A stretch of 64,000 nucleotides of DNA from an uncultured SAR86 cluster bacterium. GTDB lineage: Bacteria; Pseudomonadota; Gammaproteobacteria; Magnimaribacterales; AG-339-G14. The stretch lies in assembly GCA_949373255.1 (NCBI GenBank), contig CASICS010000009.1, positions 34,162 through 98,161 of the forward strand, written 5' to 3'. The notes under the pieces were generated by a model. It saw only the letters and a program-made list of their open reading frames with translations. It did no database searches and was not told where the DNA came from. This document shows, piece by piece, positions 8,105 through 19,535 of this stretch. Each line of letters opens with the position of its first letter. The first letter of the stretch is position 1. Position numbers and translations under genes: made by a program.

Positions 8105-9934
8105 TTTATCTGTAAGTTCTAGCCATTCATCTTCAGTTTGTTGAATTTCGGCTTTTAACTCAACTTGAGATCTCAATAGATCGTGAAAATCATTTTCTTT
8201 ACTGTTAAATGCATCTGGCAGGCTGAGTAATTCCTCGGTTTCTAATAATTTTTTTATCAATCTTTTAGATCTTTTTTCATTTTGTTGTAAATCTAGTTTT
8301 AATGACTTGGAAATCTCTTTATCTGATTCTGATTTAGGAGTAATTTTTTGTTTAGATTTTTTTTCGCCTCCGACTTTTAATATTTGATTTCGATAATCTT
8401 CTAAATCACCCTGAAATTCATTTAATTTCCCATCGTGAAGCAAATAAAAATTATCAACACTATTAGCTAGTAAGTGACGATCATGAGAAATTAATAGAAT
8501 TGCTCCTTCAAAAGATTGCAGGGCAATGGTTAAGGCGTGGCGCATATCAATATCTAAGTGATTAGTAGGCTCATCAAGTAACAAAAGATTTGGCTTTAGG
8601 TAAGCTATTTTAGCAAGTGCCAATCTAGCCTTTTCACCACCAGAAAAGATATTTATGGGCTGCTTTACTTTGTCATTCTTGAAATCGAAACCACCCAAGA
8701 AAGATCTAATTTCTGTTTCTGACTTAGTTGAGTCTAATTTTTTTATATGTTCGAATGCAGATAAATTGATATCTAAATCATCTACTTGATGCTGTGAAAA
8801 ATAACCCATTTTTAAATGAGTTCCAGATTTCTTTTCACCTTGAATAAGTTCCAATTCGCCTATAAGACTTTTAATGAGTGTGGATTTTCCAGCGCCATTA
8901 TGTCCCAGAAGACCAAATCTATCTCCAGGATGAAGGCTGAGATTTATATTTTTTAAAATGACTGATTCATATCCTAGGCCGGCATTTTCTAAAACCAGAA
9001 GGGGGTTAGATATTTTCTCATCCGATTTTATAGAAAAACTAAAAGGAGAATCAACATGAGCCTGAGCAATGATTTCCATTCTCTCTAATGCCTTAACTCG
9101 ACTTTGAGCTTGCTTAGCTTTAGTGGCTTTAGCTTTGAACCGCCTAACAAAACTTTGCATATGAGCAATTTCTCTTTGCTGCTTGTTGTAGTTAGCTTCT
9201 TGTTCGGCTAATCGAGCCGCTTTGCGAATTTCAAATGCAGAATAATTTCCAGTAAATAAATCTATTGATTTGGAATACAAATAAGCAATGTTGTTAACGC
9301 AATCATCTAAAAATTCTCTATCATGAGAAATTAGAAGTATCGCTCCTTGATATGATTTTATCCAATTAGAAAGCCATAGAATTGCATCTAAGTCTAAATG
9401 ATTAGTGGGCTCATCAAGAAGCAAAATATCTGAGGGCTTCATCAGAGTTCTAGCTAAATTTAATCGAACTCGCCAACCACCTGAAAAGTCCTTGAGTGAC
9501 TTATTAAATTCTTCTTCTTTAAAACCTAATCCAACCATCAATTGCTCAGCTCTAGCTTTAGAAGAATAACCATCCATTGCGTCGAATTCAGAGTATAAAT
9601 TTCCTACTTTTTCAAATTCTTGGTTTGTTTCTGCTTCCTTTATTTTTTTTTGAATTTTTTCTAATTCAACATCCCCACCTAGCACATAATCAATAGCAAT
9701 CTCATCAGTACCGGCTACTTCTTGAGCAAGGTGAGAAATCCTTAAATTTTCAGGTTTTTCAACGCCACCTTGGTCAGACTCTAATTCATTTAAAATTAAT
9801 TTAAAAAGGCTTGTTTTTCCGGCGCCATTAGCTCCAACTAATCCAACTTTCTGATCCTTATGGATGGTAAAAGAAACATCCTCAAATAATATTTTTGAGC
9901 TTCTGCGAAGAGTGACGTTAGTAAAAGTAAGCAT
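8036..9934 (-). CDS. ABC-F family ATPase (YheS/Uup-like translation factor)
   Basis: 632 aa. Two ABC cassettes (GANGAGKTS and GHNGAGKST Walker A, two LSGG signatures), an inter-domain linker, a C-terminal coiled coil and no TM domain. Confidence 0.9.
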   Translation of the reverse strand: MLTFTNVTLRRSSKILFEDVSFTIHKDQKVGLVGANGAGKTSLFKLILNELESDQGGVEKPENLRISHLAQEVAGTDEIAIDYVLGGDVELEKIQKKIKEAETNQEFEKVGNLYSEFDAMDGYSSKARAEQLMVGLGFKEEEFNKSLKDFSGGWRVRLNLARTLMKPSDILLLDEPTNHLDLDAILWLSNWIKSYQGAILLISHDREFLDDCVNNIAYLYSKSIDLFTGNYSAFEIRKAARLAEQEANYNKQQREIAHMQSFVRRFKAKATKAKQAQSRVKALERMEIIAQAHVDSPFSFSIKSDEKISNPLLVLENAGLGYESVILKNINLSLHPGDRFGLLGHNGAGKSTLIKSLIGELELIQGEKKSGTHLKMGYFSQHQVDDLDINLSAFEHIKKLDSTKSETEIRSFLGGFDFKNDKVKQPINIFSGGEKARLALAKIAYLKPNLLLLDEPTNHLDIDMRHALTIALQSFEGAILLISHDRHLLANSVDNFYLLHDGKLNEFQGDLEDYRNQILKVGGEKKSKQKITPKSESDKEISKSLKLDLQQNEKRSKRLIKKLLETEELLSLPDAFNSKENDFHDLLRSQVELKAEIQQTEDEWLELTDKLEFKFIRNFRFIMSCMIFIPIF

Positions 9935-10071
9935 TAATTAGTTTATAAAAAGCGCAGTTTAACAAAGACTATGTTTAATTCAGCCTTTAATTAATTTACC
10001 CGAAATAAATTTTTAAAAAATTGTTATAGACTATAAAAAACATTTTATTAATTTACAAAATGGAGTAAAAA

Positions 10072-10446
10072 ATGTCTTACGAAAGCAATGAAAATGATTT
10101 AAAAGCAGGAATGGAAGTGGTGGGGAAACTAAACTTTTTACAAAAAGCTGGATCGGCAATATCTGATGATCTTAGATCACATACTATTGAAATGTTATTT
10201 GGTAAAGTTTGGACTAGACCAGGATTAGAAATGCAAGAAAGAAGCATGATCACTTTAGCTGGCTTAATAGCTTTAAATAGAGAAAATGAACTTAGACTTC
10301 ATTTTAGAGGAGCAAGAAATTTAGGAATTAGCAGAGATAAATTAGAAGAAATAATATTTCACTTAGCTCATTACGCAGGATGGCCTAATGCTGTGAGTTC
10401 AAGCAATATTTTAGAAGAAGTTTGGACTGAAATGGACAACGAATAA
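10072..10446 (+). CDS. carboxymuconolactone decarboxylase (CMD) family protein
   Basis: 124 aa. HLAHYAGWPNA motif typical of the CMD/PcaC-like family. It contains no cysteine, so it is not an AhpD-type CxxC peroxidase partner. Confidence 0.7.
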   Translation: MSYESNENDLKAGMEVVGKLNFLQKAGSAISDDLRSHTIEMLFGKVWTRPGLEMQERSMITLAGLIALNRENELRLHFRGARNLGISRDKLEEIIFHLAHYAGWPNAVSSSNILEEVWTEMDNE

Positions 10447-10584
10447 AAAGAATAGAACTTTATCCATATAATTAATTTTTTTCTTCTTATAACTTTATTT
10501 CATGCATCTTTTTAGAGCTTTCTTTAATGTTAAAATTCTGTTTAAATTTTTTATTAATAATAGTTTAATTTAGGGGTTAAATAG

Positions 10585-12723
<2,139 letters not shown>

Positions 12724-12735
12724 TAAAATTCTCTG

Positions 12736-12766
12736 AAAAGAGCTGGATAACAGCCAGCTCTTTTTT
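12736..12766 (+). terminator. rho-independent terminator after katG
   Basis: AAAAGAGCTGG-ataacag-CCAGCTCTTTT (11-bp stem) followed by TT, 13 nt after the katG stop. Confidence 0.8.
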
Positions 12767-12815
12767 AAATCTTTTATACCTGATAGTTCGATCGAGTTTT
12801 TGCTATTATTATTGA

Positions 12816-13409
12816 ATGTTAATTTTAGGTGTAACAGGCGGTATTGGATCTGGTAAAACAGCTGTTACAAATATTTTCTCAAAATTAGATGTGGATATAA
12901 TTGACGCAGATTTAGCCTCAAGAAAAGCTGTTTTGAAAGGCTCCCCGCCATTAAAAAAAATCAAAGAAAAATTTGGCAAAAATATTTTACTGCAAGATGG
13001 TAATTTAAATAGGGCTAAATTAAGAGAAATTATATTCAAGGAAAAGAAACAAAAAGTTTGGCTTGAAAAATTGCTTCATCCACAAATCTTAAAAATTATT
13101 AAAGATGAACTTGCGGAATCTAAATCTATATACAAAATTCTAGTCTCACCTCTGCTTTTTGAGACCGGTCAGTATCAAATTTGTGATCGAACCTTATTGG
13201 TAGATGTTTCTGAAGATATACAAATTCAAAGAACCTCCAAGAGAGACAAGGTGCCTTCAGAGCAGGTTAAAAGCATTATTAAATCGCAATTAAGCAGACA
13301 AGAAAAAATAGAATTGGCAGATGATGTGATCTCTAATGAAGGTTCTCTAGCTGATTTAGAAGAAAAAATTAAAGCTCTTCATAATAGTTACTTAATTTAC
13401 GCAAAATAG
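12816..13409 (+). CDS. coaE: dephospho-CoA kinase
   Basis: 197 aa. N-terminal GVTGGIGSGKT P-loop, typical length, followed by yacG as in many gammaproteobacteria. Confidence 0.9.
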   Translation: MLILGVTGGIGSGKTAVTNIFSKLDVDIIDADLASRKAVLKGSPPLKKIKEKFGKNILLQDGNLNRAKLREIIFKEKKQKVWLEKLLHPQILKIIKDELAESKSIYKILVSPLLFETGQYQICDRTLLVDVSEDIQIQRTSKRDKVPSEQVKSIIKSQLSRQEKIELADDVISNEGSLADLEEKIKALHNSYLIYAK

Positions 13410-13411
13410 TC

Positions 13412-13567
13412 ATGAGATGTTTGAATTGTAAAAAAACCGTTAACGCAGAAAATTTTAAAAAGTTTCAACCATTTTGCTCAGCAAGATGTAAATCTTTAGA
13501 TTTAGCAGATTGGTTATCAGAAACTAACAAAATTTCAGAGCCGCTCGATATGAATTCTGAAGATTAA
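13412..13567 (+). CDS. yacG: DNA gyrase inhibitor YacG (zinc-finger protein)
   Basis: Not in the ORF track (51 aa): MRCLNCKKTVNAENFKKFQPFCSARCKSLDLADWLSETNKISEPLDMNSED. It has CxxC...CSxRC zinc ligands plus the DLxxW motif, and the conserved position after coaE. Confidence 0.85.
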   Translation: MRCLNCKKTVNAENFKKFQPFCSARCKSLDLADWLSETNKISEPLDMNSED

Positions 13568-14109
13568 ACTTCACTCCCAAAAAAGCATCTAATTCCAGCG
13601 ATGCCTTTTCCATAATGTTTGACAGCAATTTCCCTATCACTCAACTGCATTCCACCTAAAGCATAACTTGGACCATTAAACAAAGTTGCCATCATCTCAA
13701 ATCCCTTCCAACCAATTTCCCTGTTACCATATTTTTCCATCAGAACTGGAGAAATTAAAATGTAATCACATTCTAGTGCGTTAGCTTTTTCAATTTCACT
13801 TAAATCATGACAAGAAGCTCCTAACAGGAAGCCTTTATTTGGCTTTTCTTTGCAGCGCATTAAATCTTTAGCTGTTAAATGAATGTTTAAATTATTCTGA
13901 ATAATATTTTTAGAATTAAAAATAACAGTCGATTGATTTTTTTTTGAAATCGACAATATATCTTCTTTAAATTCTTCGGAAAAATACTCTTCAGCAACTC
14001 TAACTATTAATGCTCCACCTTGCTCATTAAAGAAATTTTCTAATTTTCTTAAAAAACTATCTGATGGTTCAAAAGGGGTGATACCGATAAAATTAAGTTC
14101 TGTAGTCAC
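13564..14109 (-). CDS. thiamine-phosphate synthase/TenI-like (TMP-TENI) domain protein
   Basis: 181 aa, GTG start. IHLTAKDL, LLGASCHDLSEIEKANALECDYILISPV and YALGGM blocks match the ThiE/TenI fold pattern. No Nudix box. Confidence 0.55.
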   Translation of the reverse strand: MTTELNFIGITPFEPSDSFLRKLENFFNEQGGALIVRVAEEYFSEEFKEDILSISKKNQSTVIFNSKNIIQNNLNIHLTAKDLMRCKEKPNKGFLLGASCHDLSEIEKANALECDYILISPVLMEKYGNREIGWKGFEMMATLFNGPSYALGGMQLSDREIAVKHYGKGIAGIRCFFGSEV

Positions 14110-15268
14110 TATTTATTGAAATATATTCAGGGGTTAAATCAGATCCAATTACCGTAAAAGAGTTTTTAGTTTTACCTAAAGAGACTTCTAGATTGATATT
14201 TCTTTTTTTAAATTCTTTTTGACCTTGAGATTCTTTATATTTTTTTGATAAGTTCCCATTAACTAAAACAGGATATTTGCCAATTTTTAAGGATAATTTA
14301 TTCATATCAAACTCATCAAGCTCAGTATTTCCAGCAGCAGCTATTATTCTGCCCCAGTTTGGATCTTCGCCATAAGCTGCTGTTTTTACTAATGGAGAAT
14401 TAGCAATCTTTAAAGCTATAGCTTTGCACGCATCTTCAGTGGAGAGGCCTTTCACTTTGATTCTGAGAAGCTTTGTTGAGCCTTCACCATCTAAAACTAG
14501 TTTTTCTGATAACTTGCTAAAAACAGAAAAAAGATCTCTTTCTATTCTCGCTAAATTATTTTTTATATTTATGTCATTAGAGCCAGTGGCAACTAAAATA
14601 CTAGAGTCGCTAGGTGATTGATCTCCATCTATGGATATAGCATTGAAAGTGTGGTCGCATATTTTTTTATGTAATTTTTTTAAAATATTTTCAGGCAATT
14701 TTAAGTCAGTAAAGACATAACTTAAGGTTGTCGCCATATTGGGTTCGATCATGCCAACGCCTTTTGCTATGCCAATTATTTGATACTTTTTTGACCCAAC
14801 TTTTCCTGTTAGTTTAACTAATTTATTTTTCGTATCAGTGGTCATGATTGCGGTAGCAAAATCATCCCAAGAGTTCTTCTTTAAATTTTTAAAACATTCT
14901 GAAAATGCTGGAGTTAATGACTTCATATCTAATAGCTCGCCTACAACACCAGTTGAGAAAGGAAGAATTTGATTAGACGGGAGTCCTGAAAGAGCAGAGA
15001 TATTCTTAATTAGTTTGTTTGTATCTCTAATACCTGCTTCACCGGTAGCCGCATTGGCATTACCAGCATTAATTATTAACATTTTCTTCCCTTTCATTTT
15101 TGTTTTAATTTGGTTTAGGCAAACTTGAACTGGAGCAGATTTAAATTTATTTGATGTAAAAAGTCCTGATAATTTTGCGCTCGGATTTAACTCAACAATG
15201 GTTGTATCTAAACGTTTTCCATATTTTGTTTTGGTTGATGCACAGCCAATATTTATTTCTTTTATCAT
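14093..15268 (-). CDS. argJ: bifunctional glutamate N-acetyltransferase / amino-acid acetyltransferase
   Basis: 391 aa. NAGNANA, MTTDT and the autoprocessing site PNMATTLSYVFTD. Lies immediately downstream of secA (TAATG overlap), as in pseudomonads. Confidence 0.92.
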   Translation of the reverse strand: MIKEINIGCASTKTKYGKRLDTTIVELNPSAKLSGLFTSNKFKSAPVQVCLNQIKTKMKGKKMLIINAGNANAATGEAGIRDTNKLIKNISALSGLPSNQILPFSTGVVGELLDMKSLTPAFSECFKNLKKNSWDDFATAIMTTDTKNKLVKLTGKVGSKKYQIIGIAKGVGMIEPNMATTLSYVFTDLKLPENILKKLHKKICDHTFNAISIDGDQSPSDSSILVATGSNDINIKNNLARIERDLFSVFSKLSEKLVLDGEGSTKLLRIKVKGLSTEDACKAIALKIANSPLVKTAAYGEDPNWGRIIAAAGNTELDEFDMNKLSLKIGKYPVLVNGNLSKKYKESQGQKEFKKRNINLEVSLGKTKNSFTVIGSDLTPEYISINSDYRT

Positions 15269-17886
15269 TATCTTTTCTTCCTGTTTGCTTTCGCCTGCAT
15301 TCTTCTTAATTTTCTATTTCCCTCAAGACCTTCGTCATCAAGTTTGTTCTTTGGAACTTCCTTTTTTTCGTTAATTTCAAAAGCCGACGGAGCATCAGCA
15401 TGATTAGTAACAATCTTCTGTGCAGAGGGGTTAGATATCTGAGCGCCTTCATCAGCTGTGACTCTTACCTTGCAAAGATATCTAATCGAGTCTTCTTTAA
15501 TGCTCTCTAGAAGCTCTTGGAACATTTCAAAAGACTCTCTTTTGTATTCCAATCTTGGATCTTTTCCTGCATAACTTCTGAAACCTATATTTTGTCGCAG
15601 GTGCTCTAAAGAATTAATATGGTTTTTCCAAGACTGATCAATAACCTGCAAAACTATTTGTTTTTCAACTTCTTTATAAACTTCAATATCATTTCCAATC
15701 TTTTCTTTATATGCAGCTTCTGCACTTTGGATTATTTCACTGATACTATCTGGAAGATCAAGCTCAAACTTTTCTAAGATATTTTTAATATCTATTTCCA
15801 AGTCATAGTCATTTTGAAATATATTTCTTAATTCCTCTACCTGCCAGTTAGCTTCAATTTCATACTCTGGAATGTATTTATCAAATTGCTTAGACAAGAC
15901 ATCAGCTCTCATGGTTCTCACAAGATCAGATATATTTTCATCATAAAGAATCTCTTTTCTTTGTTCATAGATAACTTGTCTTTGTTCATTAAGAACATCA
16001 TCAAATTCTAAGATTCTTTTTCTTACGTCAAAGTTTCTTCCTTCTACTCTTCTCTGAGCTCTTTCCAATGCATTTGTAAGCATTCTATGCTCTATAGCTT
16101 CTCCTGGTTGCATACCACCAATAGATTTCATGAGATTCTTCATTCTATCGGGAGCAAATATCTGCATGAGCGGATCTTCTAAGGAAACAAAAAATTGAGT
16201 AGACCCAGGATCTCCTTGTCTCGCACAACGTCCTCTAAGCTGATTGTCTATTCTTCTAGATTCATGTCTTTCTGTGCCAATGACGTGAAGTCCGCCAAGA
16301 GATAAAACTTTTTCCTTATTTTCTTTAGATTCAGGAAGTCCACCTAAAACTATGTCTGTTCCTCTACCGGCCATATTTGTGGCTATTGTTACAGAGCCAG
16401 CTCTTCCGGCTTGAGCAATAATTTCAGCTTCTTGTTCATTTTGCTTTGCATTTAAGACTCTATGGTCAATTCCCTTTTCATTGAGTTTGTTAGAAATTAA
16501 CTCAGAAGTCTCAACAGATATGGTTCCAACTAAAATAGGATTTCCCTTGGAGTGAAAATCTTCAATATTTCCTAAAACAGCATCATATTTTTCTTCTACG
16601 GAAAGGAATATCTTGTCTTCTCCATCATCCCTAATCATCGGAAGATTAGTAGGAATAGATACAGTATCCAATGCATAAATTTCTTCAAATTCTTCGGCTT
16701 CTGTTTTTGCTGTTCCAGTCATTCCCGCAAGAACCTCAAACATTCTAAAAAAGTTTTGAAACGTAGTTGATGCTAATGTTTGGCTTTCAACTTGAATGTC
16801 TAGACCTTCTTTCATTTCTAAAGCCTGATGAACTCCACCGGATAATCTTCTTCCAGGCATTGCTCTTCCTGTATTAGTATCAATTAAAACTATTTTTCTT
16901 TCATTTACTAAATAGTCGGCATTTTTTTGAAACAGAAGATTTGCTCTAAGAATTGATAGCAACATATCTAAAAGTTTTAAATTCTCTGTTGCATACAAAG
17001 TATCATCAACTGAAATAAGGCCTTCAGCTCTAAATGCATTTTCAACTTTTTCATGTCCAGAATTAGTCAGGTCTATTGACCTTGACGCTAAATCAATTTG
17101 AAAATCTCCCGGTTGTTCAACATCTCCAGTTTCAGGATCTAAAATTTCCTCACTCAGTTTTGGAGCTACGGATTTTAGCTTTCTGTACAACTTAGAATTA
17201 TCTTCGGCAACACCGCTAATAATTAGGGGTGTTCTAGCTTCGTCGATAAGTATTGAATCAACTTCATCAACCACGGCAAAATAAGGATCGCGCATAGTCC
17301 TGTCTTCTTTTCTAAGAACCATGTTATCTCTCAAGTAATCAAAACCTATTTCGTTATTGGTCACATAGACCACATCTTTAGAGTAAGCTTCTTTCCTGCT
17401 TACAGGATCCAAGCTAGATATTACAAAACCTACTGTCAAACCAAGTAACTCATATATTGGTTGCATCCACTTTGCATCTCTCTCTGCTAGATACTCGTTT
17501 GCTGTAATTACCAAAGAGCTTTTCTCAGTTAGCGAACGAAGGTAACAGGGAAGGGTGGCAACTAACGTCTTTCCTTCTCCAGTAGCCATTTCAGCAATTT
17601 TTCCTTCATTTAAAATTACGCCGCCCAAAATTTGACAATCGTAATGCCTTAACTTAATTGTTCTTTTACTCGATTCTCTTACTGCGGCAAAGGCTTCTGG
17701 TAATAAACTTATTAAATCTTCTCCCTTCTTAAATCTGGATTTAAATTCTGCAGTTTTATTTTTTAGTTCTGAATCAGATAGAGATTCAAATGAGTCTTCT
17801 AGATTATTAACAGATATGAGTAGCTTATTAGCATCTTTTAATGCTTTCTTATCTTTTTTGCCGAATATGAAATTCAAGAATGCCAT
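15268..17886 (-). CDS. secA: preprotein translocase ATPase SecA
   Basis: 872 aa. MATGEGKTLVA Walker A, DEVDSILIDEARTPLIISG, TNMAGRGTDI and RGRCARQGDPG. Confidence 0.98.
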   Translation of the reverse strand: MAFLNFIFGKKDKKALKDANKLLISVNNLEDSFESLSDSELKNKTAEFKSRFKKGEDLISLLPEAFAAVRESSKRTIKLRHYDCQILGGVILNEGKIAEMATGEGKTLVATLPCYLRSLTEKSSLVITANEYLAERDAKWMQPIYELLGLTVGFVISSLDPVSRKEAYSKDVVYVTNNEIGFDYLRDNMVLRKEDRTMRDPYFAVVDEVDSILIDEARTPLIISGVAEDNSKLYRKLKSVAPKLSEEILDPETGDVEQPGDFQIDLASRSIDLTNSGHEKVENAFRAEGLISVDDTLYATENLKLLDMLLSILRANLLFQKNADYLVNERKIVLIDTNTGRAMPGRRLSGGVHQALEMKEGLDIQVESQTLASTTFQNFFRMFEVLAGMTGTAKTEAEEFEEIYALDTVSIPTNLPMIRDDGEDKIFLSVEEKYDAVLGNIEDFHSKGNPILVGTISVETSELISNKLNEKGIDHRVLNAKQNEQEAEIIAQAGRAGSVTIATNMAGRGTDIVLGGLPESKENKEKVLSLGGLHVIGTERHESRRIDNQLRGRCARQGDPGSTQFFVSLEDPLMQIFAPDRMKNLMKSIGGMQPGEAIEHRMLTNALERAQRRVEGRNFDVRKRILEFDDVLNEQRQVIYEQRKEILYDENISDLVRTMRADVLSKQFDKYIPEYEIEANWQVEELRNIFQNDYDLEIDIKNILEKFELDLPDSISEIIQSAEAAYKEKIGNDIEVYKEVEKQIVLQVIDQSWKNHINSLEHLRQNIGFRSYAGKDPRLEYKRESFEMFQELLESIKEDSIRYLCKVRVTADEGAQISNPSAQKIVTNHADAPSAFEINEKKEVPKNKLDDEGLEGNRKLRRMQAKANRKKR

Positions 17887-17902
17887 ATGTTAGATAGGTT
17901 AT

Positions 17903-18823
17903 TTAACCCGAACTAGGATCAATTATGGGTTCTATATATCTTATTTCTGGAGCATCTCCATCAGAAGAGATGACTTCCCAAGCATCAGGAACTTCTAAAA
18001 GTCTTTTCAAGAGTAAATTATTCAATGTGTGCCCAGATTTATAACCTTCAAATTCTGCAACGATATTGTATTGGAGCAAATAAAGATCACCAATTACATC
18101 CAGTATTTTATGCTTCACCAGTTCTTCACTTGATCTCAATCCATCTTCGTTAAGAATTTCATCTTCTCCAATCACTACGGCATTTTTTTCGCTACCGCCT
18201 AATGCTAATTTATTCTTTTTTAAATAATCTATTTCACTCATGAAACCAAATGTCCTAGCTCTAGAAATTTCTTTTAAAAAAGTCGTTGAGTTGAAGTCCA
18301 CTGTAGAGGTGCTGTTATATTTTTTATGCTTTTCATTCGCATATTCAAGAGCATAAGTTACTTTAAAGCCGTTATAAGGAGCTAGCTTTGCATACGCACC
18401 ATCAGGAGTTTCTACTTTAATTTCTTCTTTAATTTTTATAAATTTTTTCGGTTTTGTTTGTTGTTTAATTCCTGCTGATTGAATCAAGAATACAAATGGA
18501 CTGGCACTTCCATCCATTATTGGAACTTCCATATCGTCAACTTCAACAAGCACATTATCTATTCCTAGGCCGGCAAAAGCAGACATCAAATGCTCTATTG
18601 TAGCTATCTGGGCTTCTCCATCGACTAAGGTAGTTGCGAGCGTTGTGGCACCTACATTGTTAACAATAGCTTTAATTTCAACCTGCGGGTCGAGATCTAT
18701 TCTTCTAAAAATTATTCCAGTATCTTCCGCTGCTGGGTAGAGATTTAATTTTATTTGTCTCCCAGAATGCAGGCCAACTCCTGTAGCTTTGATTGGGTTT
18801 GTTAAAGTTCTTTGGACTAACAT
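17903..18823 (-). CDS. lpxC: UDP-3-O-acyl-N-acetylglucosamine deacetylase
   Basis: 306 aa. MLVQRTL..GVGLHSG N-terminus, TIEHLMSA, EVPIMDGSA and HKILDVIGDL blocks. Confidence 0.96.
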   Translation of the reverse strand: MLVQRTLTNPIKATGVGLHSGRQIKLNLYPAAEDTGIIFRRIDLDPQVEIKAIVNNVGATTLATTLVDGEAQIATIEHLMSAFAGLGIDNVLVEVDDMEVPIMDGSASPFVFLIQSAGIKQQTKPKKFIKIKEEIKVETPDGAYAKLAPYNGFKVTYALEYANEKHKKYNSTSTVDFNSTTFLKEISRARTFGFMSEIDYLKKNKLALGGSEKNAVVIGEDEILNEDGLRSSEELVKHKILDVIGDLYLLQYNIVAEFEGYKSGHTLNNLLLKRLLEVPDAWEVISSDGDAPEIRYIEPIIDPSSG

Positions 18824-18832
18824 CTATAATAT

Positions 18833-19534
18833 TTAGATTCTTTGTTTTTTTGCTTCGAATAGAATAACAGAAGTAGCATTAGAGACGTTAAGGCTTTCTA
18901 GCTTAGTTTCAATTGGTATTTTAATCATTTTATCAGCTTCTTTTTCGAGTAATGACTGGATTCCCTTTTCTTCTGATCCCATAATGAAAGCTATAGGCCC
19001 TGTCATATCTATTTCAAAGTAATTGCTTTCTGCTTTTCCCGAACACGCAATTACTTGTATAAAATTTTCCTTAAGATATTTTACGGTATTTCTCATATTG
19101 CTTACCACTATAAAAGGCAAGAGCTCTGATGCTCCCTTTGAAACTTCTCGAACTGAAGTTGTAAGGTGACAGGCTCTTTTCTTAGGAACAATAATTGCAT
19201 CTACACCAGCACCCAATGAAGATCTCATTATTGAACCTATATTTTGAGGATCTTGAAGATGATCGAGTAATAAAATAACTGGAGATTTTTTATCCGACAA
19301 TATTTTCTCAAGAGAATTTATATCTTCTACTTCCCGAGGAGAATAGGATGCCTCTATTCTTGAGTTTTTATCAAAACTAATGCTTATACTATTTTTCTTA
19401 GCGAGGGCCAAAATATCTGCAATCCTTTTTTCCGGTTGTTTGTTAACTGTCAGTATATTTTTTACTTTATCAGGACAATTTTCTAATAAAGTTTTAATAA
19501 AGTTAATATCTTTTGTTTTAAGAACCCTGTCCAT
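18833..19534 (-). CDS. rlmB: 23S rRNA (guanosine-2'-O)-methyltransferase, SpoU/TrmH family
   Basis: 233 aa. SpoU motifs NIGSIMRS, FIMGSEEKGI and IPI...ESLNVSNA. Directly downstream of rnr, as in E. coli. Confidence 0.85.
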   Translation of the reverse strand: MDRVLKTKDINFIKTLLENCPDKVKNILTVNKQPEKRIADILALAKKNSISISFDKNSRIEASYSPREVEDINSLEKILSDKKSPVILLLDHLQDPQNIGSIMRSSLGAGVDAIIVPKKRACHLTTSVREVSKGASELLPFIVVSNMRNTVKYLKENFIQVIACSGKAESNYFEIDMTGPIAFIMGSEEKGIQSLLEKEADKMIKIPIETKLESLNVSNATSVILFEAKKQRI

Positions 19535-19535
19535 A

